Shown: piece by piece, positions 36,774 to 46,917 of the stretch
Layout of the letters: every line of letters starts with the position of its first letter
Position numbering within the stretch: the stretch's first letter is position 1
Assembly: GCA_964344185.1 (NCBI GenBank)
Contig: CAYFMN010000015.1
Coordinates: forward strand, 12,142-76,141
Direction of reading: 5' to 3'
DNA: 64,000 nucleotides
From: an uncultured Nitrospinota bacterium
GTDB lineage: Bacteria; Nitrospinota; Nitrospinia; Nitrospinales; JAJDAT01
The notes under the pieces: model-generated
Told to the model about the DNA's origin: nothing
The model's database searches: none
Seen by the model: the letters and a program-made list of their open reading frames with translations, nothing else
Program-made: the position numbers and the translations under genes

Positions 36774-37613
36774 TTAATTTATAAATATCGACGACACTTG
36801 GTCCAAGCTATTTTCTACTTCCTCTTTAATCGCATTCATTTTTTCTTCCGAAACGCCTAAGATTTCAACGAAATCTATATCTTCTGTTCCGGCTTTAGGG
36901 CCGACTCCATTGGATACTTTTTGGCAATTTAATAGCATATTCGATAAAGCGACAACTTCTTGTGATCCCTTTTTTAAAGGTTGATGATGCTTCTGAACCA
37001 AGGAAACTACTTGAGGTGCAATGGGCCACCATTTTTCTATATACTTCGCGCCTACCTCCGCATGATCAATTCCAAAGGTCTTAACTTCTAAAGTTTCTAA
37101 CGGTTGCTCGATATCCTTCGATTTTGCCAAAAACTCCGAATATTCCTTTGGAAAAAAATTTAAAAAAACTAAAACTCCAATATCATGCATTAATCCCGCC
37201 AAATAGGCATTATCGCGAGACTCTTCGTCTTGCTCAAAAAGTTCGCTTAGAGATTTAGAACAAATGGCGGCGGCAAATGAATGTTTCCAAAATAATACCT
37301 GATTAATAGCTTTTGTTTTTGAAGAAACTTTTGGCAATTCCAGAGTATATGCCAGGTCTAAAACCATTTTTAGGCCTAATCTGCCTAAAGCGTTTTCTAG
37401 GTCTTCTGCTTTATCTCTACCTCCTCCAATAAAAACACTATTTGCTAGCTTCATCAGCCGTCCAGATAAAACTGGTTCGGTTTTTATCAAATCGGAAATA
37501 TCGGCTATGCACGAATCTGGATCGTCTATTATTTGCTCTAATTTTATGAGTATTTCTGGTAATGGAGGTAAGTTCTGTTGAGTATTTACCGCTTCCAGTA
37601 TTTTATCCCGCAT
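36774..37613 (-). CDS. HDOD-domain signalling protein (paralog 1)
   Basis: LPPLPEILIKLEQII.DP......ISDLI..EPVLSGRLMKLANS...; AYLAGLMHDIGVLVF; DHAEVGAKYIEKW. Confidence 0.85.
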   Translation of the reverse strand: MRDKILEAVNTQQNLPPLPEILIKLEQIIDDPDSCIADISDLIKTEPVLSGRLMKLANSVFIGGGRDKAEDLENALGRLGLKMVLDLAYTLELPKVSSKTKAINQVLFWKHSFAAAICSKSLSELFEQDEESRDNAYLAGLMHDIGVLVFLNFFPKEYSEFLAKSKDIEQPLETLEVKTFGIDHAEVGAKYIEKWWPIAPQVVSLVQKHHQPLKKGSQEVVALSNMLLNCQKVSNGVGPKAGTEDIDFVEILGVSEEKMNAIKEEVENSLDQVSSIFIN

Positions 37614-37718
37614 ATAGAGCTTTAATAATTTCTTAATTTATTAACTAAAGATCGAAAAGCGCAGAATTATGGGCGCTTATCCGCCAAATTATAAGAGGAA
37701 ATAGTGTGAAAATAAAAG

Positions 37719-38561
37719 TTAATTTCCTCTAAAAAGAGAATTTAATTCTCCAATAGAATCTGAAATATTTTCCTTTAATTCTAAAAGCTCCATCTCAGAA
37801 ACCCCTAATAATTGGTTAAAATCAAGTTCTTCGTTGATCGTTGGTCCAACTTTATTTTCAAAACCAAGGGAGTTTACAAAGCTGTTTGCTAAACTTAGAA
37901 CATTTTTTACATCGCCCTGAAGCGGATCATGGTGTCTTTTTATTTGCTCCACAACCGCTTCTGGAACGGGCCACCACTTTTCAATATATTTTGCTCCTAA
38001 TTCAACATGGCTGATTCCAAAACGTTCGTTTTCCAGCTTTTCCAACGCTTTTTCTTCCTCGGCAATCTTTTCTAAAAAACTTCCATATTCTTTGGGAATA
38101 TTATGCAAAAAAACTAAAATTCCTACGTCATGCATTAATCCGCTTAAATATGCGTTTTCCCGTTGGTCTTCACCTTGTGAAAAAAGTTCGCTCATCGCAC
38201 GGGAGCAAATTGCAGTTCCAAACGCATGTTGCCAAAAAGCGCTTTGATTAATAATTTTATTTCCTGAAGAAATTTTAGGTAATTCTATGGTGTAAGCTAA
38301 ATCTAGCACCATTTTTAACCCTAACCTTCCAATAGCGTTATCCAAATCTTCCGCTTTTTCTCTACCGCCGCTAACAAAAACGCTATTCGCAAGTCTCATT
38401 AAATTTCCAGATAAAACGGGTTCTGTATAAATCAAACTGGAAATGTCTGAAATACAAGTTTCTGGATCGTATACCTTCTGCTCAATTTTTGATAAAACTT
38501 CTGGCAAAGGAGGTAAGTTTTGCTCTTTATTAATGATGTCTAAAATCTCATCGCGTGTCAT
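37719..38561 (-). CDS. HDOD-domain signalling protein (paralog 2)
   Basis: Colinear with paralog 1. ATG at 38561 (MTRDEILDII) preferred over the TTG at 38588, by analogy with MRDKILEAV. Confidence 0.85.
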   Translation of the reverse strand: MTRDEILDIINKEQNLPPLPEVLSKIEQKVYDPETCISDISSLIYTEPVLSGNLMRLANSVFVSGGREKAEDLDNAIGRLGLKMVLDLAYTIELPKISSGNKIINQSAFWQHAFGTAICSRAMSELFSQGEDQRENAYLSGLMHDVGILVFLHNIPKEYGSFLEKIAEEEKALEKLENERFGISHVELGAKYIEKWWPVPEAVVEQIKRHHDPLQGDVKNVLSLANSFVNSLGFENKVGPTINEELDFNQLLGVSEMELLELKENISDSIGELNSLFRGN

Positions 38562-38763
38562 AACCCCACATAACTCTAAAAAATTCAAATAGTTATAAGA
38601 AAAATAATATTTATTTTTATTGACCTTAAGTTAAACAAAATCTACAATATAAAATAAAAATAACTTTATTTTACAATAATTTACATAAATTAAAAACTGC
38701 TTCTTTCGGCAAGATACCGAAAATTTTGCTGTTTATTGATTTTTCTTTGATTTTTTCAATCCA

Positions 38764-39516
38764 ATGATCAGAATTTTCCTAAATAATAGATTCCAGAAAA
38801 CACTGATCCCAATCTCCGTCGTTCTAATTGCCCTTTGCTTGTCAATTAGCTGCTCAAAAAGGAAACTAACTCCGATTAAATTTACCCCCTCTCCCCAAAA
38901 AGCTCAAACTACGTATAACCTACCATATCGAGTTCAAGGAAAAACTTACTATCCCATTTCCTCTTCAAAAAATTTCACTCAAAAGGGGATAGCCTCTTGG
39001 TATGGACCCAAATTTCATGGTAAGTTGACCTCTAATAAGGAGCGATATAATATGTATCAGTTAACTGCCGCTCATAAAACGCTTCCTTTTAATACGAGAG
39101 TTCGAGTAACTAACATAGATAATGGACTGGATGTCCTCGTTAGAATAAATGATCGAGGACCTTTTGTCGGCAACAGGATTATAGACCTAAGCCTTGCCGC
39201 CGCCAAAAAATTAAACATGCTCGAATCCGGTACTGCGCCAGTTAAACTAAGAGCGGTGTATTACCCCAATCAAACCGGAAAAACTAAGCGACCAGCTAAT
39301 AAGTTTGGAGTACAAGTAGGCTTTTTCAAAGAAATCCAGAACGCAAAAAATTTAAAAAGTAAAACTAGAGAAAGTTTTGTACAAAAATTTAACTCAAATG
39401 GCGACCAATTTTATCGAGTCGTTGTTGGGAACTATAGTCACTTTGATCAAGCTTGGAATCTCTTGAAAAAACTTAAGTCCGATAGCTTTCCAAAAGCTTT
39501 TATAATTAATTTCTAA
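38764..39516 (+). CDS. rlpA: septal ring lytic transglycosylase RlpA (DPBB + SPOR domains), lipoprotein
   Basis: Lipobox LSISC; [43 protein letters not shown]...VRINDRGPF; C-terminal [12 protein letters not shown]....A......YRVVVGNY. Confidence 0.88.
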   Translation: MIRIFLNNRFQKTLIPISVVLIALCLSISCSKRKLTPIKFTPSPQKAQTTYNLPYRVQGKTYYPISSSKNFTQKGIASWYGPKFHGKLTSNKERYNMYQLTAAHKTLPFNTRVRVTNIDNGLDVLVRINDRGPFVGNRIIDLSLAAAKKLNMLESGTAPVKLRAVYYPNQTGKTKRPANKFGVQVGFFKEIQNAKNLKSKTRESFVQKFNSNGDQFYRVVVGNYSHFDQAWNLLKKLKSDSFPKAFIINF

Positions 39517-39572
39517 CCGTTAAACGAATCTTTTTAAAAAATCGTTAAAAATCATTTAGGAGTTTCATTAAG

Positions 39573-40055
39573 ATGCGCCTGCCCGTTTTGGATAAATTAG
39601 AAAAAGAATTGATGGAATCCGAACGAGAATTAAAAGTCGATATTCCAAAAGCGTTGAAAATTGCTACCGATATGGGAGACCTTAGCGAAAATGCGGAATA
39701 TAAAGCCGCTAAAGAAAGACAAATGCTTTTGGAGGCCAGGATTTCTTTACTGCAAAAGCGGATATCCGAAGTCACTTCTTTAAATATTAATAGAATTCCA
39801 AAAGACAGGGCTGGCATAGGAAGCCAAATAGAACTAGAAGACGCAGAAACCGGCGAAACAAAAAACTTTGAGTTAGTTTTTCCAGAAGAGGTTTCTCCAG
39901 ATGAAGGGAAAATTTCCCCCGGCTCGCCGCTTGGTAAATCTCTTTTGGGAAAACAAGAAGGCGACGAAGTCCGAATTTCTATTGCTGGTAAAGTTAATCT
40001 TTACGAATTGGCGAATTTAAAAACTATCCATGACATTATGGAAGAATCAGAATAA
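39573..40055 (+). CDS. greA: transcription elongation factor GreA
   Basis: GDLSENAEYKAAKERQ...EARI..L, and C-terminal ISPGSPLGKSLLGKQEGDEV. Confidence 0.9.
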   Translation: MRLPVLDKLEKELMESERELKVDIPKALKIATDMGDLSENAEYKAAKERQMLLEARISLLQKRISEVTSLNINRIPKDRAGIGSQIELEDAETGETKNFELVFPEEVSPDEGKISPGSPLGKSLLGKQEGDEVRISIAGKVNLYELANLKTIHDIMEESE

Positions 40056-40060
40056 TCATA

Positions 40061-40690
40061 ATGGCTGTTAAAGCGTTAATCCCATTCGACGAGATTGCTT
40101 CCAGTCATCCGATGTTTTCCCATTTGGACGCAACTCCTGACTGGAACCAAATATTTCCTAATAACTACCCAATAAAACTGGAAATAGGCTTTGGTAACGG
40201 TAGTTTTATTATAGATATGGCAATGAAAGAGCCCAAAACAAATTTTGTGGGCGTTGAAATGTACCATAAAGGAATCCGCAAGACGATTACGCGTGCGGAA
40301 AAACGGCTTATTGAAAACATCCATGTTGTTTATGGCGACGCTAGAAAGAGAACCCAAAGTATTTTTAGTGACGAAACGCTGGAAGCAATATATATTAACT
40401 TTCCAGATCCATGGCCCAAAAAACGACATGTCAAAAGACGTCTTATCACCGCAAATTTCGTTGAAATTTTATCGAATATGCTGGTTCCATCAGGAGAACT
40501 TAGAATTGCAACCGACTGCGAAACATACGCTCGAGATATGTTAACGTTTCTTGAAAACTCTTCGCTGAGAAATAAAGCTGGCTCTTTTGAATTTACCAAT
40601 TCTCGGGAAGATATTCCACAATCGAAATATGAGAAAAATTATATCAAACAGGGTAAAAAAATATATTATTTAGACTACATTAAAAGCTAA
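40061..40690 (+). CDS. trmB: tRNA (guanine46-N7)-methyltransferase
   Basis: LEIGFGNGSF....A...P..NFVGVE....; INFPDPWPKKRH.KRRL. Confidence 0.9.
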   Translation: MAVKALIPFDEIASSHPMFSHLDATPDWNQIFPNNYPIKLEIGFGNGSFIIDMAMKEPKTNFVGVEMYHKGIRKTITRAEKRLIENIHVVYGDARKRTQSIFSDETLEAIYINFPDPWPKKRHVKRRLITANFVEILSNMLVPSGELRIATDCETYARDMLTFLENSSLRNKAGSFEFTNSREDIPQSKYEKNYIKQGKKIYYLDYIKS

Positions 40691-40752
40691 AATAGCTTAA
40701 GTAAAGATGCTCTTTAAATACAATAGAACATAACGATTTTTAGGAGGCCTCC

Positions 40753-42783
40753 TTGCCCAAAGAACGCATTCTAGTCGTCGACGACGAAAAAAATATCGTA
40801 AGCTCCCTTTCTGGAATTCTGTCCGACGAAGGTTATGATGTCTCATCCGCTGAAGATGGATTAGAAGCTCTGGAACGAATTCAAAACGACCCCCCTGATT
40901 TAGTTTTATTAGATATCTGGATTCCCGGAATGGATGGTATCGAAGTATTGAGAACTATCAAAACTTACCAAAAGGAATTGCCGGTTCTTATTATGTCGGG
41001 GCATGCTTCAATAGATACCGCTGTACGAGCGACAAAATTGGGCGCCATCGATTTTGTCGAAAAACCGTTTTCGTTAGATCAAATTACCCAAGCTGTCGCT
41101 AATGGACTTAAAGAGGGTAAAGGAATTACAAAGCAAAACGGCGTCGATTTTACGGATAAAATGGACAGGATACTCCGTTTTCAGATGATGATTGACGTGA
41201 AAAAGGGAGTTAAAAACGCTTCTAAAAATTCTCGTCCGGTACTATTAGTAGGCGAAAAAGGCACAGGAAAAGAATTAGTCGCACAAGCAATACATAGGCA
41301 AAGCAAACAAAATGATAGACCATTTATCAAACTAAATTGCGCTGTTAGACGCATGCAAGATATCCAGGCGCAACTATTTTGCTCGGCTAAAAAAAATGGA
41401 GATTCATCTCAAAATACCTCTGGAGCAAAAGAAAAAGCTGTTTTTTTAAGTAACATCGAATCGCTATCTAAGGGACTTCAGGAAAAACTATCCCTCGCTT
41501 TAAGAAATGAAACCGTAAAAAAGAACGAAACAGTTTTAGATTTTTTGCCCATCCGAGTGTTTGCTTCCTCATCTAAAAACCTTGAAACGCTTGCCAAAAA
41601 AGGTCAATTAAATAAAGATCTTTACGACATTTTCGCTAAAGATACTATTCAAATTCCACCGCTTCGAGAGCATTCCGAAGCTATTCCTGAACTGATTGAA
41701 AATTATTTTGAATCTTGGGAAAAGAATGGAACTCCAAAACCAACGATCAAAGAAGACGCTATAAAAACTCTCTGCGAATATGATTGGCCTGGCAATATCA
41801 AAGAGTTAAAAGAAGTTTTAGAACAAATCTGGCTGCCTGGCACCGGAAATAAAGAAATAAATCTTCAAGATTTGCCTTCTTATATTCGACTTTCGAATTC
41901 TCCAAATTTAGAGGATAAATCCACAACAAAACCAAAAAGTGGAAAGAAAAAATCACTCCACCAGCGAACCCTTAAAAGAAGCGTTGTCTTGTGTGGAAGC
42001 GGACTTCACTCAGGAATCAAGACGGGGTTAATATTACAACCTCTTCCGGCTGGCAGCGGCATTGTATTTGGAGATATAACTACTGGGGAAACAATTCAAG
42101 CAAAACTAAATAATGTCCAGTCTACTAATTATTCCACCTGCCTGCGAAAGGGACTTGTCTCTATAGCCACTATCGAACACATTATGGCTGTTCTCCATAT
42201 GTATCGCATAACCAATCTATTGATAAAAATTGGAGACGAAGCTCCAGTAATGGATGGCTCCGCTAAAGACTTTTGCCAACTAATAGAAGATGGCGGATTT
42301 GAAGATCAAGATGATTTCTACGAAGAGCTAGTAGTTGATAAAACATATACTTTTGGAACGCCAGACAGCGGCAAACCTTATATATCTATAGAACCTTTCG
42401 ATACATTTAGCGCAAGCTATCATATGGAATACCCAGAACCAATAGGAACTCAAGATTACACTTATGAATTTTTTGGTTCAGAGAGCTTCAAAGAGGAAAT
42501 AGCTCCAGCCAGAACTTTTGGTTTTTTGGAAGACGTCGCTCAATTAACTAAGATGGGGTTTGCTTGCGGTGGAAAATTAGACAACTTTATCTTACTTGGC
42601 GATAAAAAGGTGCTTAATACAGAGCTAAGATTTAACGATGAGTTTGTTCGTCACAAAATCCTTGATATCATTGGCGATTTTTATCTATTGGGTAAACCCA
42701 TTCGAGGAAAAATTAAAGCTTATAAATCTGGACACACTGAAAATGTTGGCTTGATGAAACAAATTCAAGCCAATTTGTGTTAA
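40753..42783 (+). CDS. lpxC: fusion protein: response-regulator receiver + degenerate sigma54-type AAA+ module + complete UDP-3-O-acyl-GlcNAc deacetylase (LpxC)
   Basis: TTG start 5 nt after TAGGAGG. REC: ILVVDDE...LVLLDIWIPGMDG...KPF. AAA+: GEKGTGKE retained, Walker B DE replaced (AVFLSNIE), no GAFTGA loop, no C-terminal HTH. From aa 403: HQRTLKRSVVLCGSGLHSG...TIEHIM...APVMDGSA...ARTFGFLED...FVRHKILDIIGDFYLLG...YKSGHTEN, colinear with E. coli LpxC. Confidence 0.85.
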   Translation: MPKERILVVDDEKNIVSSLSGILSDEGYDVSSAEDGLEALERIQNDPPDLVLLDIWIPGMDGIEVLRTIKTYQKELPVLIMSGHASIDTAVRATKLGAIDFVEKPFSLDQITQAVANGLKEGKGITKQNGVDFTDKMDRILRFQMMIDVKKGVKNASKNSRPVLLVGEKGTGKELVAQAIHRQSKQNDRPFIKLNCAVRRMQDIQAQLFCSAKKNGDSSQNTSGAKEKAVFLSNIESLSKGLQEKLSLALRNETVKKNETVLDFLPIRVFASSSKNLETLAKKGQLNKDLYDIFAKDTIQIPPLREHSEAIPELIENYFESWEKNGTPKPTIKEDAIKTLCEYDWPGNIKELKEVLEQIWLPGTGNKEINLQDLPSYIRLSNSPNLEDKSTTKPKSGKKKSLHQRTLKRSVVLCGSGLHSGIKTGLILQPLPAGSGIVFGDITTGETIQAKLNNVQSTNYSTCLRKGLVSIATIEHIMAVLHMYRITNLLIKIGDEAPVMDGSAKDFCQLIEDGGFEDQDDFYEELVVDKTYTFGTPDSGKPYISIEPFDTFSASYHMEYPEPIGTQDYTYEFFGSESFKEEIAPARTFGFLEDVAQLTKMGFACGGKLDNFILLGDKKVLNTELRFNDEFVRHKILDIIGDFYLLGKPIRGKIKAYKSGHTENVGLMKQIQANLC

Positions 42784-43148
42784 GCGTTCTAAAACTGCTT
42801 CTATCATCCTCCTTATTTAGAATACTAGAATACAAGCGTAAACCTTGTCTTTGATCCGTTATTTTTCATATCCTAATAAACTTGGGACTTCATATGAAAT
42901 ACGGTAGAAAATACTTTCACCCCAAATCAAAATTAAAGACTTTTCCTATCTCGATATAGAATAAGGCTAAAGTGAACTCAATCAATCAATGGCCATTTTA
43001 AAAAAGTATTTTATTGATCTACTTAAAGCTAACAGCTAGGATAAATCTAGTGTATATGTAGCTCTAGAATATTTTACCCTCGGTTTTATTTTCAATATCC
43101 ATAATCCAATTATAAACCACCAATCATACACAAAGGGTCTATCTACAA

Positions 43149-45179
43149 ATGAGTTTTAACGAAAAAAAATTTAGACATATTTTTTTGTTTTGGTTTGCAT
43201 GGACACTAACAATCAGTGCCTCTCTCGCTTACGGTAAAAACGAACTTGAACTAAAAATCCTAAAAGAACTTTCGTTAAACGAACTATTAGATATTAAAGT
43301 TACTTCCGTCGCTAAAAAGGAGCAGCGACTTTTTAAATCCGCTTCGGCGATTTATGTAATAACAAACGAAGACATTCGTCGTTCTGGTCACACGACTATT
43401 GCGGAAGCCTTAAGAATGGCTCCAGGAATGCAAGTGGCCCACTTGGATTCAAATACTTGGGCTATTACATCACGCGGTCTAAACTCACGGTTCGCAAGTA
43501 AACTTTTGGTAATGGTAGATGGCAGATCTGTTTACTCTCAAGTTTTTTCAGGAGTTTACTGGGATGAAGTGGATGTTGCGCTTGAAGACATAGATAGAAT
43601 TGAAGTCATTAGGGGGCCAGGAGGGACAATATGGGGAGCTAACGCGGTAAACGGGGTAATAAATATCATTACTAAAAATGCCAAGGACACACAGGGTGGA
43701 TTCATCAACGCTGGCGGAGGCGATCAAGAACAGGGCTTCGGAACGTTCCGTTATGGAGAAAAAATAGATCAAAATAAAAGCATTAGAGTTTATGGAAAAT
43801 ATTATGAAAGAGACAAGTTTGGGGAAAGATTAGGAAATACGCCCGCCGATGCTTGGAAAGCTTTTCGTGGCGGCTTTAGAATGGATTGGGAAGTTTCTGA
43901 AAAAAGCTCCTTAACTTTCCAAGGCGATTATTACAATGGGGAATCTGGAGAAAAAGCAGACAACAATGTCGTATCTTTTGCATTTCCCGGAACTGCAAGC
44001 TTTGATCGCAATGTACAAATAGATGGCGGTAATTTCCTAGCGCGTTGGAAAAAAATAAATTCTGAAAACTCGGATATGGAGCTTCAATTTTATTTTAACC
44101 GACAAAAGCGCGACGGAAGCCCTTTAACTGAAATCCTATTAGATACTTATGACGCAGACTTTCAACATCGATTTCAATTAGACCAACGACATGAAATCAC
44201 CTGGGGCCTGGGTCAACGTTTTATTAGAGATTCCTTTGCCAGCAGTCTTTCATTACAATTTGACACAACCAGCCGCTGGAACTACCGTTTTGGAACCTTT
44301 ATCCAGGACGAGATTACCCTAATTCCTGATAGCCTTATAATGATCTTGGGATCCAAGTTCTCGCAAAATAATTACACAGGGTTTGAGATTCAACCCAGCG
44401 GAAGACTTCTATGGACTCCTAATGATCGTCATACAGTTTGGGGAGCTGTTTCCCGCGCAGTTAGAACCCCCTCTCGAGCTGAAGACTCAATTAGAGCGAA
44501 TGGAAACGTCTTGCCCGGTCCAGCAGTGGTTTCATTTCTTGGAAGCCAAAACTATGACTCTGAAGACTTATTAGCTTTTGAAACAGGTTACCGCTTTCGG
44601 CCTTCAAATCAACTATTCTTTGACTTGTCCCTGTTTTATAACTTTTATGAAAACTTAAATTCTAGAGAGCCAATTACTCCATTTGTTGAAGCTTCACCTA
44701 CTCCCACACATTCTGTTATTCCATTCATTTTAGAAAATAAAAGTTCGGGAGAAACGTACGGCTTGGAGTTTGACGTTAAATGGAAACCTAAAAATTGGTG
44801 GCAATTAAGCGCAGGTTTTAATTGGTTAGAAGTTTCTTTAAATTTGGACCCAGGAAGCCAAGCTATATCTACATTATCTACCGAAGGAAACGATCCTGAA
44901 TTTCAAGCAAACATAAGATCTCAGTTAGATCTTCCTTATAACTTTGAGTTTGATACCGCATTCTACTACGTCGACAATTTAGAGAGGTTTAGGGTCCCTA
45001 GTTATATAAGAGCCGATTTGCGATTAGGATGGCGACCTACCAAAAACTGGGACATTAGCTTAGTGGTCCAGAACTTACAGGACTCTGAACACTTGGAATA
45101 TGGAGAAGAAACTCCTCGGTTATTATCGCTAACAGAAGTACAACGTTCCGTCTACGGTAAAATCACCTGGAATTTTTAG
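43149..45179 (+). CDS. TonB-dependent outer-membrane receptor
   Basis: Signal peptide. Plug: ELSLNELLDIKVTSVAKKEQ...SASAIYVITNEDIRRSG..TIAEALRMAPG..V; RGPGGTIWGANAVNGVINIITK. C-terminal barrel ending ...YGKITWNF. Confidence 0.9.
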   Translation: MSFNEKKFRHIFLFWFAWTLTISASLAYGKNELELKILKELSLNELLDIKVTSVAKKEQRLFKSASAIYVITNEDIRRSGHTTIAEALRMAPGMQVAHLDSNTWAITSRGLNSRFASKLLVMVDGRSVYSQVFSGVYWDEVDVALEDIDRIEVIRGPGGTIWGANAVNGVINIITKNAKDTQGGFINAGGGDQEQGFGTFRYGEKIDQNKSIRVYGKYYERDKFGERLGNTPADAWKAFRGGFRMDWEVSEKSSLTFQGDYYNGESGEKADNNVVSFAFPGTASFDRNVQIDGGNFLARWKKINSENSDMELQFYFNRQKRDGSPLTEILLDTYDADFQHRFQLDQRHEITWGLGQRFIRDSFASSLSLQFDTTSRWNYRFGTFIQDEITLIPDSLIMILGSKFSQNNYTGFEIQPSGRLLWTPNDRHTVWGAVSRAVRTPSRAEDSIRANGNVLPGPAVVSFLGSQNYDSEDLLAFETGYRFRPSNQLFFDLSLFYNFYENLNSREPITPFVEASPTPTHSVIPFILENKSSGETYGLEFDVKWKPKNWWQLSAGFNWLEVSLNLDPGSQAISTLSTEGNDPEFQANIRSQLDLPYNFEFDTAFYYVDNLERFRVPSYIRADLRLGWRPTKNWDISLVVQNLQDSEHLEYGEETPRLLSLTEVQRSVYGKITWNF

Positions 45180-45256
45180 TGGAAAAATTCGCAATAAGCA
45201 ACCCTAGATTGTTTTAAAACTGCTGATTTAGATAAAACTTTTTTATAAGAATCGTT

Positions 45257-45799
45257 TTGAATAAGATATTTATTTTTTTAATTATTTTAATTTCAATATC
45301 GCTCAATTTGTTTCCCAAAAAAACTTTTGGAGACATTCGAGAAGATAAAGTTCAAGCTGCTTTTATTTATAAATTTATACAGTTTATTGAATGGCCAGCT
45401 AATCTAAAACTAACGTCAAATAAATTCATAATTGGGGTTTTTGGGGAAACAAATATGCGTGAACTGCTAAAAACCTTTTCCGGTGAAAAAGTAAACGGAC
45501 GTTTTATAGAAATACATTCTATAAAGAACTTAAGCGATATCAAAAAATGTCATATTCTTTTTATAAGTCCCTCGGAAATCGGCAACTTAAATAAGATTTT
45601 AGAGACTTCAAAAGAGTCAAGCGTTTTAACAATAAGCCGGATGAAAGACTTTGCGGACAAAGGCGGAATGATTAACTTTTTTATTAACGAAGAAAGAGTT
45701 AGGTTCGAAATCAACCCAGATTCAGCTAAAAAAGCAGGATTGAAAATTAGCTCTAAATTGCTAAAAGTTTCCAAAGTGATCCGATCTCCAAATACATAA
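45257..45799 (+). CDS. YfiR-family (DUF4154) periplasmic protein
   Basis: VQAAFIYKFIQFIEWP, CHILFIS, SVLTIS....FADKGGMINFF......RFEIN...AKKAGLKISSKLLKVS. TTG start. Confidence 0.78.
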   Translation: MNKIFIFLIILISISLNLFPKKTFGDIREDKVQAAFIYKFIQFIEWPANLKLTSNKFIIGVFGETNMRELLKTFSGEKVNGRFIEIHSIKNLSDIKKCHILFISPSEIGNLNKILETSKESSVLTISRMKDFADKGGMINFFINEERVRFEINPDSAKKAGLKISSKLLKVSKVIRSPNT

Positions 45800-45858
45800 A
45801 ATTACTTTGCGCTTTTAAATTTGCTAATTGGAGAATACTCGGGCCAAAAACTCAATCC

Positions 45859-46917
45859 TCAAAGAAGTTGTTGCTGTTCTATAAACTTTTTCATTTCTAG
45901 AGCCAAAAGTCTGGAACCTTCTGGCGACATATGGTAGTGGTCAATATAAAGTTTTTTGGACTCTTCTAGACTATATAATCCTTTAGTCTTTTCTAAAAAA
46001 TCTAACGTGGGATAACTTGTTTCTCCAAGCCATGTTTTAAAAGCCAGCCAATTATTCTTAAAATAAAATGGCGTTGAGTCGACAACAAGCTTTGCATAAT
46101 TCTTAGGGTCTTTCTTTTTCGCTTCTTCCATAAAATCGAGAATTGATTTTTTATCGTCGAAATTGCTTTGAGAAGGCCACAAAACATAAAATAACTTTGA
46201 ATTATGAGATTTAGCCAAATCGTTAATTTCTGCCAATAACCGCATAATCAGCTCTTTAATTTGCGCTGGAGGAATATTCTCGATTGAACAATATTTTTCC
46301 CTTAATTTAGCAAATGGATTTTTCTGTAAAAACCAAGAAGTCGAAAATAGGTTAGGGCAAGAAAAACGGGAAATTCTTGGCTCAACCGTCTTCAGCTTAC
46401 CGTTTTCAATTTTAAATAATGGCTTTGAATATCCATAACTAACATTTGACTGTGTATTCCTAATGTCGTTACCAGTACAAATAACTACCCCAACCAATTT
46501 CGGCCTCAGTTCTCCAATGAACTTTTTTAACCGAAGATAATATTGACCAATCCCATAACCTCCTACGCCTAAATTCAAGACCTGAAAATCTGGCAGCTTT
46601 TGATCTAAATAATAAGTGGCAGTTTCGTTATCCTGGACACCCAGCCCATAAATTATAGAATCACCTACAATAAGGATTTTTCCCTTGGCAGGGTCGGCTT
46701 CTTCCCCTCTTAATCCATCTGAGTTAGTTGTATAGGTAATTTTTTTTTTGACGATAACTTTACTAGGAAAATTAGACCAACCAAGCTCTTCATCGTACAT
46801 TTTCATACGATCGGCGTCTCGCGTTATGTAGTTAAAACCTTCAATTATTCCTATCAACACAATTAAAAACGCGGGAGTAATCAAAACCATAATCAAATAT
46901 TTTAATGAGGATTTCAT
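45859..46917 (-). CDS. membrane-anchored SGNH/GDSL-like hydrolase (paralog of 60072..61109)
   Basis: N-terminal TM; ILIVGDSIIYGLGV (block I GDS); GVGGYGIGQYY; TGNDI; DHYHMSPEG (block V DxxH). Confidence 0.7.
   Translation of the reverse strand: MKSSLKYLIMVLITPAFLIVLIGIIEGFNYITRDADRMKMYDEELGWSNFPSKVIVKKKITYTTNSDGLRGEEADPAKGKILIVGDSIIYGLGVQDNETATYYLDQKLPDFQVLNLGVGGYGIGQYYLRLKKFIGELRPKLVGVVICTGNDIRNTQSNVSYGYSKPLFKIENGKLKTVEPRISRFSCPNLFSTSWFLQKNPFAKLREKYCSIENIPPAQIKELIMRLLAEINDLAKSHNSKLFYVLWPSQSNFDDKKSILDFMEEAKKKDPKNYAKLVVDSTPFYFKNNWLAFKTWLGETSYPTLDFLEKTKGLYSLEESKKLYIDHYHMSPEGSRLLALEMKKFIEQQQLL

Noticed and set aside
42784-43148. 365-nt leader upstream of the TonB-dependent receptor, checked for a cobalamin/TPP-type riboswitch or Fur box
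   Set aside because: I could not find a B12-box-like or other riboswitch core, nor a GATAATGATAATCATTATC-like palindrome. Left unannotated.
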